Source: Kudoa neothunni
Lineage: Eukaryota > Animalia > Cnidaria
NCBI GenBank assembly: GCA_964304625.1
Contig: OZ199838.1
Coordinates: forward strand, 1,591,927 to 1,655,926
Direction of reading: 5' to 3'
Length of the DNA: 64,000 bases
Part shown: positions 18,887 through 33,800 of the stretch, piece by piece
Layout of the letters: the number at the start of each line of letters is the position of its first letter
Position numbering within the stretch: position 1 is the stretch's first letter
The notes under the pieces: model-generated
Seen by the model: the letters and a program-made list of their open reading frames with translations, nothing else
Database searches by the model: none
Told to the model about the DNA's origin: nothing
Position numbers and translations under genes: made by a program

Positions 18887-21800
18887 TTATTTGTTGGGAT
18901 CGGTGGTTTTATCATGGTCATCTAGTTCTTGAAGATAACGAGAAAGAGTGAATGTGACAATTTTATTGGAAAAATTTAAGGAAGAATCAAGAATTCCACT
19001 TTGAATTAATTTTGGAACCAGTTTTTTAATATCGGACACTTTCAGTTTGTCCATGAGCCACTCGACACTGACAGCTTCCATTTTTTCGGATCCCCATTGA
19101 AGAAACCTTATTTTAGGGTTGAGAGTCCAATTGTTACAGTTGAAGATTCGGTTGGAAACGCCACGATCTATTGATGCAATAGTGTTGGAATGTTTAATAT
19201 CTGCAATCAGTGGGATTGCAGTTTTGGCTGAGGCGATATTGGGACTGCTTGTTTCGCTGGAATCATTTTGAGTTCTCAGCGGGTTAGTATCACTTTTATT
19301 AGATTGTTGAGATTGAATACCATGCGAGTATTTGCTGAAAACAGTATGAATCATAAGCACTAGGTTAATATCTGTAGTAATATAGATAACATCCAGAAAA
19401 CGCGTGATAAATGAGCATTTGAATATTTCTTCGGCCGAAGTTGAGAAAAAGTTGGGTGAGACTCTGACAGTGCTATGGTCGCTATCAAAATAAACACTGA
19501 AGTTGGGTGCAGTTAGAATAACATTTGAACGATTTTTATTATTGGGATATTCATGATTGCGTTTTGGTGTGAGACTATCAAGATGCTCTACTGAGAAAAG
19601 TGTATTGATAGCACAAGAAATAATTGATTTATAGATGGGAAGTTTGAAGTGTTTAAAATTAGAAAGACCACAAATACTATATGCAATCCATTTGAATGAA
19701 GAATCGTTCGCGGTAGGTAGATACGTGCTCCCCTTTTCAATAGAGAACAAGATGAGACCGATAGTTTCAGTCTGACTGAGACATTCAGCCTCACTTGTAG
19801 TAGGCTTATTTAGATCGTGATCGGAATCAAAGGTTTGCACCCCTTTAATGTGACCACAACCAATTGTACAATCATCAAAATAATTGATTTTTATAACTTG
19901 TTCCTTGTTTTCATTAATTAAAGCAGTACCAGAAATCGAATGTTTGATAGTTAGATTCAGGTAGGAAAACAAAAATTGAAGCCAACTATTACTTCTCATG
20001 TTGTTTCCGGAAAACATTGAGACGGATGTCACTTTAGAATGGATTTTATGTGTGAAAAACAGTTTACAAAATGAAATCCCATTGTAGTTTACATCATCTG
20101 TGCGTAATGCTGAAAAAGGGGTGGCGCCAACAGACTGACTATTGAAAAATTTTATATGGCGTTTCATCATGTTGAAAAATTTTGCCCATTTATCAACGCA
20201 TTTGTTGTCATCAAAGGAATCGAACACTAAAATAAAAGATTAGTATGCGAATATACATCAACTAATTCAGATTAAAATAGAATACCTTTAACTTTAAGAA
20301 TATTTTCCACTGTCCAAATATCCGGCTTCATTGTGGAAGAAGGACGTTTCCAAGTTACTGTTTCATTTGCTGTCGACAAAGAGCGATCTTCTCTCACGCT
20401 TTGAGAGCTATTAATAGAAGCTTGAACATACATAACGAATTTATTGATTTTTTGGGAGAATCTCTCAACACTCAAATAGGTGGAGCTGGTGATTAAAGCA
20501 TAGATTCCATCAAGTGAAAATTGATTATTAAAATATAGCTCCAATATTTTGTGTTGTGCATTAGCGTGAACATTGACTTTGTTGGTGTTCGACACCTTCG
20601 CTTTTAGATTGATCAAACTAGCAATAAGTACATTGGTTCCTAGATCGTTGACTTTCGCAGAGATGTATTGACACGTCACATCAACATTTATTAGAGGAGG
20701 TTCGTTGTAGCTATTTTTTATCGATATTATTCCGTTACATCTGCATACATTGAAGACGACACCTATAGAACTTTGACTGGATTGAACCAGTATTTTGCTA
20801 ATTGAAAATGCAGTGGATACATTCAAAAAACTGTAACCATCGTCAACCAACTTCAGATCAAAGAATGATGGCATTACTACTAGTTCTACTTTACCGAGGA
20901 TATTTCCAGTTTTTGTAACTACAGACAGTTTGCTTGCGTTTATAGTGGTAATTGCAAGGTTTACACAGGACTTATTCACGCAGCTGTCGCTATTGTCTAC
21001 ATTTTTGATGTGACTTGTGTTAGTTCCAAAATTTCCCACAGCAGAACTATGCGACAACGGTCTATTAGAGTTTGACACGGAATCTTCATTTTTGTCGGAT
21101 GAGATATATGGACATTTATCCTCCAAATCGATCGTATTATTAGGTGTCGTTTTGGATACAATTTCGGTATTGACATCATCTTTAGTGTCCATTTTATTTT
21201 TACCGAAAAATAAATTCGACAACATTTTGTTTTTAAACCAACTTTTTCCCGCTTCGAGCACTTCGTTTATTCGTCTGAAATCCATTTCGACATTAGATGG
21301 TCCCATATTGGCAAGAAAAGAGGTGAAATTGATCTGTTTCAAGTGCTTTTGTCTCTCATTCTTCAGATAGAATGTTGTTCTAACAATATTGACTTTGAGA
21401 TCGTCAACATAAAATTTGAGAGATTCTCGGTTGGCAAATCCATGCAGTGTTTGATCGCCAGCGTCGCTTGAGAATGTTGAGCCGCCGGGCATTAGCACAT
21501 TTGCATCCGAAAATTTCTCATTGAATCCACCAGTAGGTCGCACATACTTCGAATTATGACTTATTGTTTTCAGTCGATAAGGATGAAAAATAAAAACGTT
21601 AAACTTGGATATGTGAAGGGTAAAATTGAAATTGTGATCCACGTCATCAATGATTTTCTCTTCAGCCAGATTCCTACATAGAATATTATATTTTCAATAG
21701 CTCACCCCAATCAAAAAAATACAAATGTATGTAATCACTGAAAAGATTGTTTAATCGTTGAAGCTTTTTCATTGTGTGCTGTGAGGAGAATGCACTCGTA

Positions 21801-24800
21801 TTCAGCACAATCTTTGGAGTGTAGATTGAAAATTCAACTTTCGAATAAGGCAAACAACTGAAACTGATTTCAGAGGGCTCTACATACACTGAAAATAAAT
21901 ATTCTATTGGAAGATATGATGAGTTGGAATTATCGAAGTAATCAGTTTCTTTCTGTGAGACCAAGGTGGAGACATCCGAACAACTATTTCTATTATTCCG
22001 TTTGTTACTATCGCTGTCCAACAGATCAACTTCACTACTTGAAATAAATGGTTTCATTACAGATTCAACAAAATCCAACACCATTGGCCTAAGCACAGTT
22101 TGTTTAGACAAAGACGATATGGTCACCTTTGCTATAAGTGTACATCTGTCATTGCCCTCTTTGGCATTGTCATAAATTGTCCTCTCCGCACTTTTCGAAG
22201 TATCATTGGAAAAATATTTAATACCAAGATTCAAGCTGGGGAGTGGAATATTAATGACATCCTTCTCTGGAAATTCTCTATTTGATTGAACGTTGTTGAC
22301 TGGTGCCCTATCAAGAGGATCTATGGTTTGTTCCTCTGGTTGTTTGGGATACTTTTCATTGAAACTGTACAACTGGTTCACATTGTTGTTTTCACTGGCC
22401 ATTGTCAATTTACATTTCCCAGCATCCACTTTCAGTGTCACGGACAAATTAAACTTTACAGAGGTTTCGTTACTATAATTTGGTCGAGAATTATCAGAAC
22501 AACTATTATCGACTGATTCAGGTGCTATATCGCTGGGCCTAATAAACACATTCGACGAACTCTGAGTGGGATTTGGAATTAGGAGTGATTTGGAACGTGT
22601 TGGAGTGATAGTTTGATCGTGACTATCCAACTTATCATAATCAAAAATAGAACTTTTTATATTGGTAGAGATTTTTTTGCGTATAGCATCCCACAGTTTT
22701 TTAGAGACTTGATTCTCCATATTGTTTAGCATTTTGATTTTTGATTTAATCGCAGCCTCATTCACACTATCCCGTCTCATTTTAAGCAGATTTATATACA
22801 TATCAAACCAGTTTTGTTGTATTTTCTTGGCACTAACTTTGGAGGCATCACTAAAAATCGATACCGAAGAGAGATGATCTCCTTGAGATTTTGATTTATC
22901 CCTAAATCAACAAAAAATTACATTAACAATTTTTCGTTACAGTAAATTGTTTTCCCAACTGATGCCTTTTTAATTAACGCGAGCTATCGTAGCAACTTTG
23001 TTTAACCTTAATTAAGGACCAATGTGTGCTGTTAGAATCGCCAAAAATGACATAATATTTTAGGAAGATTCATTATTTCCCCCAAAAATTATTTAATTCA
23101 TTATAAACCGTTAGAAATATAATAATTTACATATAATTTGAAAATTACTTGCTCATAAAAATATAAACAAAAATAATAACATCGTTCAATTTTGTTGTGG
23201 TTACAAAATCTGTTCTTTCATTATTTCCCGAGATAAAACGGGAAAATTAAAACTAAACATATATTAGTATGTATTATCATTAAAATTAAAATAACAACAC
23301 ATTTTTTATGTAAACTATTTACATTAGATTCGTAGTACATTTCATGATTGAAATCAGAATCGGCTGAAAGCGCCAACCTCAAAATAAAAAAGGTTAATCT
23401 AAAAACAAGATCAAATCCACCGATATAAATATTATCTATCCTTAAAAAAGAAATTCTTTTAACCCATTAGTACCTAATTTTTCCACATGGCAACAATACA
23501 TTAAATAGATCTCTTAATGAAATACTTAGAAAATTTTTAAATATTCTAACATTAAAAAAATAGTTACTCATTGTTTAATTTTCAGGCCTGTAACAGTTAA
23601 GTTTTTATTACTATTTCTGTGATATTACATTTAATTTTTTGTTGAGAGAAAAAATAAGAATAATAACTTTAATGAGAAATATTAACATAAAGATTAAAAA
23701 ATACTGAGATCAATCATTTAAATTGAACTGTCGAAATAATAATGTTTTAGAACTGTATAAAATAAGTTTTAACGTAAAAATATTGGGTAAAACCCAGTCT
23801 TCACTACCTAGATAAAGACCGGATTGGAAATATTATGCTTCGAAAAATCTATGTAAAAATATTTTAATCCACAAAAGAAGAATAAAACTAAACATTTTTT
23901 AAATTTCACAGATAAAATAATGATAAGTAACATTAAAATTATTCTACTAAAATCATAAAAAATAGAAAAATATAAGTAGCTTGATGAATATTTACGAAAA
24001 ATAATTATTATTGCTTGGATTAAGCTCGCTTGAACTGAAATAATTATTAATATGCTCATTGCATCAAAAGTCCACGAAAATAAGCTATTCCCTATATAGA
24101 TTGATTATATAGTTAAATGAACAAATTATTTTAACATAAAAGAGGTAATCATAACTTCGAATGACCCTCCCTCGAAATATGCGATGTTAATCCTATTTTG
24201 AAGTCATGTAATCCGCTTAACGATTTTAAAATCTATTAAATTATTATTTTAAAATATTTATAAATATCATTTTATTATTAATCAAGTATGTTTTGTGTGC
24301 ATATCTAGACACAGTTAAGAATTTTTTTGTACATATAAAATTAATAGGAAAAATATAACGAAAAAGAATGAGGAAATACTTGTTGTAGAAAAAGCAGTTG
24401 ATCAAATGATTTATATTGTCTCCAATATGGATATCATATGACATTTCCATTCCTCTGAGCATTAGGTTCATATTGATATGATAATGAATGACATCAGGAG
24501 CATTTACAAACTTCACACCAACATCATACAATCCTTCGGAAAAGTATACTAAAAAGGGATATTAATAAATCAAATCGATAAGCCTTAGTCTTTACTGTAG
24601 TTGTTATCACTCACAGGCGGTACCCAACTCCAAAATTCGTTAACAGACAAATATTTGGTAGCAACCGATCTAAGGTTGCAGTTGATACTTTTAAAGTTGC
24701 CTACGAGTTTTGAAGATTTAGCATCAAACGTGGTATCGGTGGATTGAAGTTGAACCAAAAATATTCTGGTGGTTTTATGCAAATCGTCGCCGAAAATGTC

Positions 24801-27800
24801 ACTATCTTCATCATAATTGTAGAAAAAACTATATTCATCGACTTGCTGATTGACAATAGGGAAACAGAAGGATAGATTTTCAAATTTAATGGAAACAGTT
24901 TTCGATGACCCATTAGTATCCAGTTGCGTTGCATTATAAGTGGGCTCTGCTTTGTTTGTATTATTAATATTAGTATTATTATTATTGTTGATGTTGATAG
25001 TAGTCGAGGTATTGATTAAAGGCGTAGACTCTGCATTCCAACCAGAGAATGCATTCTTATAGTGGCTGTAAAATATGATACCGACGTCGAAAGCTTTGGG
25101 GAAAATTAGTAGTTTGGGAGAAATAAACGTAATTTGGAATGATTCTTGTTGAGTGGCAGACATACCAAGATTTTTAGTTTTTACTTGTGAGGTGACTCTC
25201 ACTTTACTTTTAATAAATGCATACGCCTCGGTTAATTGGGGTAGTTCGTTTACATTATGACTCAACGATTCGGTGAGCCCCATTTTGATTGACATATCAA
25301 ATTTGGTGTCACTTGACGCAAAGTAACTACTCAACTTCGAGATAATTGATTTATTCTTATTGAATTCTTGTTTGCTGGAATCGCTGAAGTGTACTGCCGC
25401 TTTACCGCATTCAAAAATCAAACACTGTGAATTAGGAGCAATAGCAACAAGATTGAAACCATCCAATTTTGTTATAATCGAGTAAGATACATCGGGACCT
25501 TCATTATCTGATATTTGATTGATAATATTTATGGATTCGTGCGAGGATGATGATTGCGGTGGGACATAGGTTTGTTTGCGAGTGGCAGACAGTCTAGAAC
25601 CGGTTGCATTACCACATTCCTTGGTTATGTCGGTGATAATTTTATTCAACTCATCCATAATGCCATATGCTTCCTATTAAAAATTAGAAAATTCAAATCC
25701 ACTGGAATACATTTTTGAATCCATTTTTGGCCAGCGCCAAGTTGGAGAGTAGATCGGCAGAGAGGAAAAAGTTGAAAAATTCGAAATTTAAGTTCACAGC
25801 CATCTTTTTGTTTTCGGAGTCGAAAACACTGCTATACATCATTGGTGGAAGTTTGTTTTCAACACTTTTTTTACTGGTGTGATTGATGACGAAACACACT
25901 GAATGATCATCGATTTTGAAGACACATGTTTTTACGTATTGCATCAACACATTCATATCAATAAATATGTTTGAACACTAGAAAATAAACAAAATCATAA
26001 ATAATATGTAATTATTCGAACCAATTTTTTAAATATTAAAATTTATATTATATAATTTTCAACCAGGATATAACATTTCACACCAATATTTCGTGTTTAT
26101 AATTCCAAAAAATATATTAACGTGTTAATTTTCAATTTATCATCAGCTTTTCCAGTAATAACAAAAATACCTCATATAGAAGTGAGAATGAAGGAATTAA
26201 CATAATGTTAAGTTCGACCTGGAAGGCACAAACAGTCATATTCGTGATTGTGTGTTTTTCATGTTTCCTACTATCGGTAGGACTACCTTCCACTAGAAAC
26301 GCTGTTTTAAGAGGGTGGTCAAAATCATTGAGATTGTTTCTGTTATGATCGGATTGATGATTTTGTGTCGGTAACAACTTTAAAACATATTTATTTAGTA
26401 TGCTGAATTTTTGGATGAGATAGCCGGGACATTGAACCGAATTCACACTCAAACTCATCAGTTTGAATAACAAAAGATTGACATCTGAGTTTGGTTTTGA
26501 ATTGAGATTAACAATGTTGAATTTGGAAGCTAAAATTATTAGTGGGATTTTTGGCGAATTCTCTTTGGTGTATTCCTCTTCGACACTCAATATCAAATTA
26601 TGGCTGTAGATCAAAGCAGTATTTACAAAGTCGTTACCAATGTTGACATTTTGGGGGAAATAACACCAATTAATAAGCATTTTACTCAGTGCTAGGTTAA
26701 TAATGAAATATTCCACCCTCAAATCAACTTCAAATTTGACAACATTGACTGACACATCCACATAGGAACGCCTCTTACAGCCGATGTGCAAAAGGTTGTT
26801 GTTGATCGCAACAAATTTTTCATATTCGGCCAAATTAGAAACGAGATCCCTAGTACCAACACTGAAACTTTTGGATATATCTTTTTTAGTGGCCGCCTTA
26901 AGTTTCATTCCATCTCCAAGTTGATTATCAAATTTGGAAACACATTTCACAGTGGATCTAAGTTTAAATACAACTTCCGGATGTTTATAACTGTCAGCCA
27001 ATAAAACCAAATTCGATTGGTCCGAATCCAAAATGTTTTTATCAGTTTTTCGTTTTATATTTTGGGAATCAACTGCAGAAAACTTCCGCTCAGAGGTGTT
27101 ATGCAATAGGTGTTGATTTTTTAAATTGTAATACTGAGTGTAGAGAGCAATAAACTGTTCCACCACAGTAATGGGTAGATCGAAGCCGATGCTGAAGATT
27201 GAGAAATTGATTTCGTGAACCGAAATTAAATTGTTGTCTCCATAGAAGAGAATTCTTTTATTCTCATTAAAGAGATTAGAGGTGAACCTCAAGCTGGTGT
27301 AGATATTTATCGCCTTTATTGAGGAAATAGGCGTGCTTTTTATGTTATGGAGTTTCGTGAGGTCCTTTTCATATTGAGTCAAACGAAACGTGAATGACGG
27401 GAGTAGAATTTTTGAATTTACTATACCAGAAGTGGTAGAAAAGTACGATGAACCCACAACTGAGTTTAACAAGTTCTCAAAGGTGAAATAATTAAGACCA
27501 GCACAATTAGAAATTGATTCCGTTGATTTATATTTTTTGTTCCCACTACCGCCACAAATAATACATTGAGCAGGATGCTGTTCGGTGAAACTGTTGTTAA
27601 TGGGAGGTTTGAATAGGTTGCGTTTTTTGAAGAAGTAACAATTAGGTATATGCAGAAAATCGTACCATCGGTTATCTCTGCAGTTTTCGAGACATACTTC
27701 ATTATTGTAGTATTTGTAGGAACTGAGACGACATTCTCCTTCGAGAGTCCACAAAATAAATGCACTAGGGTCAGCACAAATAAATTTTGAACCATAGGAT

Positions 27801-30800
27801 AGATCATCTCTATTATGGAATTGAAAATAATTTTTCATCTCCCATGGAGTTGAATTTTTAAGTGAAAAATTCACCAGTCCAACAGTGGCATCAAAACACA
27901 ACTGCTCCCAACCTTGATAATATGATATCAATCTTTCCACTTTTTGGATAAACTTTTCAATTGTTACAATCGAATAACATAACTGAAGATCAAAACTGTG
28001 ATGAGACTGTGTGCTTTCATCTTTAATTTTATCCATATATAACTCCAACTCAACTGATTTGATGTTTCCCAAACATGTTGTTTCTTTTTTGCTAACATTA
28101 TCAACAACAAACATGGGTGAAGGGTTAATCGAACACTCTTTAGAGTATTGCCCCTTGGTGATGGCACCCTCACAAGCTGTTACCCTGATATTAGTGCCTA
28201 CACTTTCGCGGTGATTGTGAGATTTGGAGGGTGAATCACTATCACCCTTTAACAAAACGTTGGTCTGACTAGATTGTTTAATCTTGTTCAAAATAAGAAA
28301 CTTGGGTTGACGTAAAAATTCAAACAGTTTATCATATTGGAAGTTGGTTTCGAATTGATACACTGTAGCTAGAACTAACGGTATTAGTAGGCGTTGCGAC
28401 TTTTCATGAATGGCACTTCTTTGTTCCACTGTTAATGTGTTGAAGATAGTGTTTTCAAAAGGAGAGCCATCTAATACTGCGCTTTTGTCAATAGATGTCC
28501 TATCGATTGAATTACCAAACGAATATAACCCAGTCTGCACAGCTGCAACGGTCAATTCACCATAGTTGAATACTTCATACAACAAATTGTCAATGCTATT
28601 TTCGTTGGTAGTATCCAGCGAAGTGTCTCTGTTGGAGGTTTCGCCTTGTTCCACCAACATTGCGTTCAATCCTATACCATCAAAACAACACATTACGGGA
28701 GCCACACTATTATTTCCATATAGATCAACAACGGAAATATTAAAACGACTGATATTGATTCTAGAGATGTGTTTGTTTTCAGTCTTGGTTGCTGTTGTAT
28801 CAGAGGTTAAAATATTCACTAAAACCATCGCATTATTCTCTCTTTTTCTATGAAGTGCAACAAGTTGTGACAAGGAATTCGAATATTTCATGTGATCAAT
28901 CAGCGCTATCAACACGGTGTTAAACATCTCGATAGAATCACTATCCAAAGAAAGTTGTATCCCGTTCCCAGGGATGAGGAGTAGATCGCATGTTTCTGTG
29001 CTGTTTGAATTCGACTTTAAGAATATCGAGTTGTGCTGCGAAAAATTAAACTTTTTCGGTAGTTGATCATGAAACTTGTAGCTTGGATTGATGTTCTTTT
29101 CAATTAGTCGAACATCGCAAGCGTAGTACAATTCCGAATTTAGATAACACACATGTGGACCACTGAGAGGAGAATCGTGGATATCGTCTATGCAAGAATT
29201 AATGCAAAATTTAGCCCATTCTTTCTTGTTGAATTTTTGAAATTGTGCAGGAATCACTTGTTTGTCTGATTGTAAACTATTATGAGAATGTTCCGAGCAA
29301 GACACGAATGATTTAAATGAACAGTGTGAACTAATTGTTGACTCCGCAGTCGTGAACCCCATAGAATCGAAAGATGCATTGAAGGGAGAGCTAGAAAATG
29401 GTTTGCCTTTTGTTTGTTTGACTATGGAGTTTCCCGCCGTTGTAGAAGTAATATTCTTTAACGGTGAAACCCTGTTGATATATTCCTTCACATCAACTGT
29501 GGGGTTGAACTGGAATTGGCTATCAATAATTGAAATGTTGTCCAATAAGAAAGGTCTCTTCATAGGAGCGCAGAAATAATGGAAACACTTAAAACAGTAA
29601 CATTTGTCATCAGTGCATGCGACAAGATGCACTTTTCCACAACAGTTGGATTTTACAGAACTCCAATTGAAGCACACTCCTCCAAATTTTGAGTCATATT
29701 TAATCAACTGAGCCACCGTTAGGCGAGCTAGTTGAGGGTCGACTTTCGATTGTTGAGTATACACAATATTATCAATTTTCAAGTGGCCAATCGTATCGTA
29801 ATAGTAAGATTGTTCTGTGGATTTTTTCAAGAGAAATAGGTCAATATTATTAATTGCCCATCGACAGTTGACCAATCCATCAACAAAATGATATAAACAT
29901 TGATCTCTGGTGATTGAAACAAAATCAAGTTTGATGAAGAAATCATTTTGAATGTTGATAAGAAACTCGGCTTTTCCTACTGCCAATGTAAAATGCTTAA
30001 TAGGCTCGAGATAGTTTTTAGCGGAACGCAACTTTCCTGCATTATCATCAAACTTTGAATTACCATGTTTTTTGTGATTATTTGCTTTTTCATTTACAGT
30101 CGGTGGACGAGTTCTATTCTCCTGATTATGGTAGCCAAATAAAAATTGTTCGAACGAATCAAATAGTAACGTCAAATGTATAAAAGGTATAATGGACTCA
30201 ATATTTCCAATCTGCAGTGTGGAAAAGTCAACATTGTTTGTTCTCTCTTTTTTGTCCTCACTAATATGATAGAGAAAATGACTTTTGAGTATTATTCCAC
30301 CACAGTTTAGGAAGCCATGGGTGGATTTATCTAACAGGCTATTCTTTTGAGCCTATAGAGAACATTAATAATAAAATAGTTATATTTTCAGCATTGTTCA
30401 ATTTTCTCAATAGGGCGCTGCCAAATCTCATCAAACACATTTTAGAGTTAAAAGTGATTTTTAAAAATAACGAACATAACATGGTTTAAGTGAGAAATAA
30501 TTTTAAAGTCAAAACATAACAATATCACTGGTTAAAGTTCCAAATCGAAGATTTGGTGTTGTTTTTAATTCATTTAATATTTTGTACCCGATATTTAATT
30601 AAAATCTAAAGAACGATTCTATGCCAGTCTTATTGATTGTGTTATTTATGTACTATATATTAAATCCACTGACTGTCTCTATCTTTTAATTCCCTATTTC
30701 ATGAGCGTGGTACAGTTTACTCTTGGTGGAAAAGACAATTAAGAAACTTATAAAGGATTTTATAAAAATTATGTTGTTAAAAACGTTAAAGTTATCTCAT

Positions 30801-33800
30801 AGTTAAATATGGCGACTTTATAGATTTTATAATGTTCAATGGATTACAATACTTCAATAATAGGATCAACATCACCACGTATATATTAAAATCAACAATG
30901 AATTCAAATTTTTTGGAGTCACAAGACGTAAAAATTATAATTCAGGAATTTTTATATTATTTATACTTTGTCTCAAAGTTTAATTGGTATTGAATTAATG
31001 TTTAATTTATCATTTCTTATTCGTGATTCCTACTTTATTATACGATTTTTCAAAATATCGAAATAACTTTATAAGCAAAACTTAATGAAACAACAAGCCA
31101 TGTTTATATTTGTCGAGAGATGCAGTTTGACCCACCACCTTTGATATATAAAATAGGATGAGTGCATTATTTTTTATTTTAGTTCGAGTGAAATAAATCT
31201 GAACGATAAAAATTAATATTAATATTTTTTCACTCTAGCGATATAGATTTTAGTATTAATTGACTCCTGTAATAAATTGTATACGAATTAAAAAATTTCT
31301 TTTAAGAGATTTTTCTAAGCATAATATGGAAAATTCAGGTGCACAAACTGATGCCTTTACGATAGTTAATAATAAATTCGAATAAAAATTTGTATATACC
31401 AATATTAAATATAGCGTCCTGACAAATAATTTAAATATTACAATTATTTATAAAATAATTAATAAAAACTCCTATAATTTTCTATAATAAAGTTAATATA
31501 TTTATTTTAATTCTTTAGATAAAATAAATGAAGAATTTAAAACAATTTCGAATAAAGAATTAATTATAATACCTATAATTAATCAAATTAATAATATTCG
31601 ATAGGTTTGTATACCCTTGTCTAAAACTATATACCAACAAATATTCGTATAATAAAGATTTCAAGCACTATTATACAGTTTTATTCGGGTTGAAAAAACA
31701 AAAATATCAAATGACGGATTAATAAAGCTGAATTACCTCTGTAATGGGGAGTACCACACCAATTGGTCCAATCACAATCTGATATTTAAATTCATGAGGA
31801 GTACTGACAGTTTCGATTAGCACGTTGTTTACAAGTGCGATCGGCAAATGGTATCTTACAGGAATGTCCATACTCTCATCCATGAACTATACTCAAGTTG
31901 GTTACATTATGAAGCGTGTTTCCAATAATACAGCTAAATAATACCGTTGGGAAGCACGCCCTCACATTTGAGATAACTAAATGAAGAGTAGTATTGAAGA
32001 ATCTAAAGGTGGTAAGTGAATCGGCGTTTTCGACTAAATTGGGACTGCCAACATCACCCACTCGAACCACAGAATCAACTTTTGGAGCTGTAGATTGTAC
32101 CAAAGTGCTGTTTCCAAAATAGTTGGGTATAAACCCTTCCATAATGTAGTGAAAAAACAGGCCATACATCTTTATATCAAGTCCATTCAAAGAGATATTG
32201 AATGATGTGTTCTCATACAGCGGGCTAACTTCTTTGTGAAACTGTGACGTGTTCAGCTGTTCACTTATCCCTACGAGTGGTTTGGAGCATAGTTCAGGGT
32301 TGTAAATGGTGTTAAACTCAAGGTTGATAGAGTTGCTGTGAAATATTTTCACCCATCCTGTATTTCCTCGATTATAGATATTTTGGAATATGGTGCTATG
32401 GAAATTATTATATTAAAAGAAGCAAATTACAAAATTAACATTAATTAATTTGGGGAAATTTATACCTACAACAGTAAGGAAAATGTTTTTCCACATGGCT
32501 GTCCATACACTGGATGATGTTTTGTTGAGTGTGGAGTTCGGATAGATGCAATCTACCGTATGCACCTTTGATATGAACGGGAACATAGAATTTGATATGC
32601 TCGGGGATGAATTCAAAGTTTTCAAATGAAAACTTGGACATCAGGGAGCCGCAAACCAGTGAAAATTTACAATTTTCGTTATCATTGTTGAGATTTGCCC
32701 AATTGTGTTCTTTGATAAGGAGCACAATCTCGCAGTTGACAAGTTCGAGTTGGAAGTTATATTTTGTGGGGACAAAATTCAACAAATCAATCACATATTT
32801 TTTTGTCCAATCATGGATAACTTCTGTTATTAGTTGACGATGTTGATCAATATGGTGGATAACAGGTTGAGTTGATTTGACCATAAAATTATACTCGTAA
32901 GGATCGTTCCAAATTTGCTGAGTGTGCATTTCGATAATAATATATAGCTCGGGCGAATTAAAAAATTTCTCATAAATTAAACTGGTGGAGATAGTAATAT
33001 CAACCAGCACAATATCGATGTTGTACTTTGAAGAGTTATTTTCAACCACATAGAAAGGGTACGATATTGTTAGTTGGGAACCAGGTTTGAACTGGATCTG
33101 AAAATGTTCGGTTTTTTTGGATAACCTGTCATCAAAATTGAAAATGACTGTGGAAGATGAGTCGAACAGTATCACAACATCAAAATAGCAGTGAAGAGAT
33201 AATTTTAGTCGATCCAAATCGCTTTTTTTCACTACATCGTTTGCACCCTCTTTTTTCGGTATAAAGTATTGTTGGATTTGCTGTCGTCTCTCCTCAAACC
33301 ACGGACCATAATTCATTGTAAGGTTTTCACTGAATAGAATCTCCACGCCATATTTTAGAGGGGCGTCACTTGGTGATTTCTTATGATATAGATCTTTATA
33401 GAAAAAACATGTCATTTGTTTGGCTTCAAAGAACAACACAGAGTTGTTAATGATATAGTTGTTGTCGGTGTTGCTGAATCAATTATCAATTAATATAACA
33501 ACTATGGCAAAAATTGAGATACTTTGTGTGGTAAAATGTTCCTACATAATTGGGTGTTTTATGAAAGTATCCACGACAACTTTTAAGATGCGCAACTAAT
33601 GTCAGTGTATATCCAAATGAGGTCTTTCTGGTCTAAAAAATTGCTTAAAACTCGTCACAAATAAAACTTTTAGCTAATACAACCAAGGGATCAGATTAGT
33701 AAAGATTTAAATAAGTTGTTTGTTTTAAATATATTCAACCGAATTGAACAATGTTTTTGTCCTCTACTATAATTTTTCTCAAAATTTTCAAAAAATAAGT

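Noticed and set aside
19588-32837. Numerous antisense or alternate-frame ORFs overlapping BLTP1 (likewise over MARCH and PES1)
   Set aside because: Shadow ORFs of real coding exons with no independent motifs.
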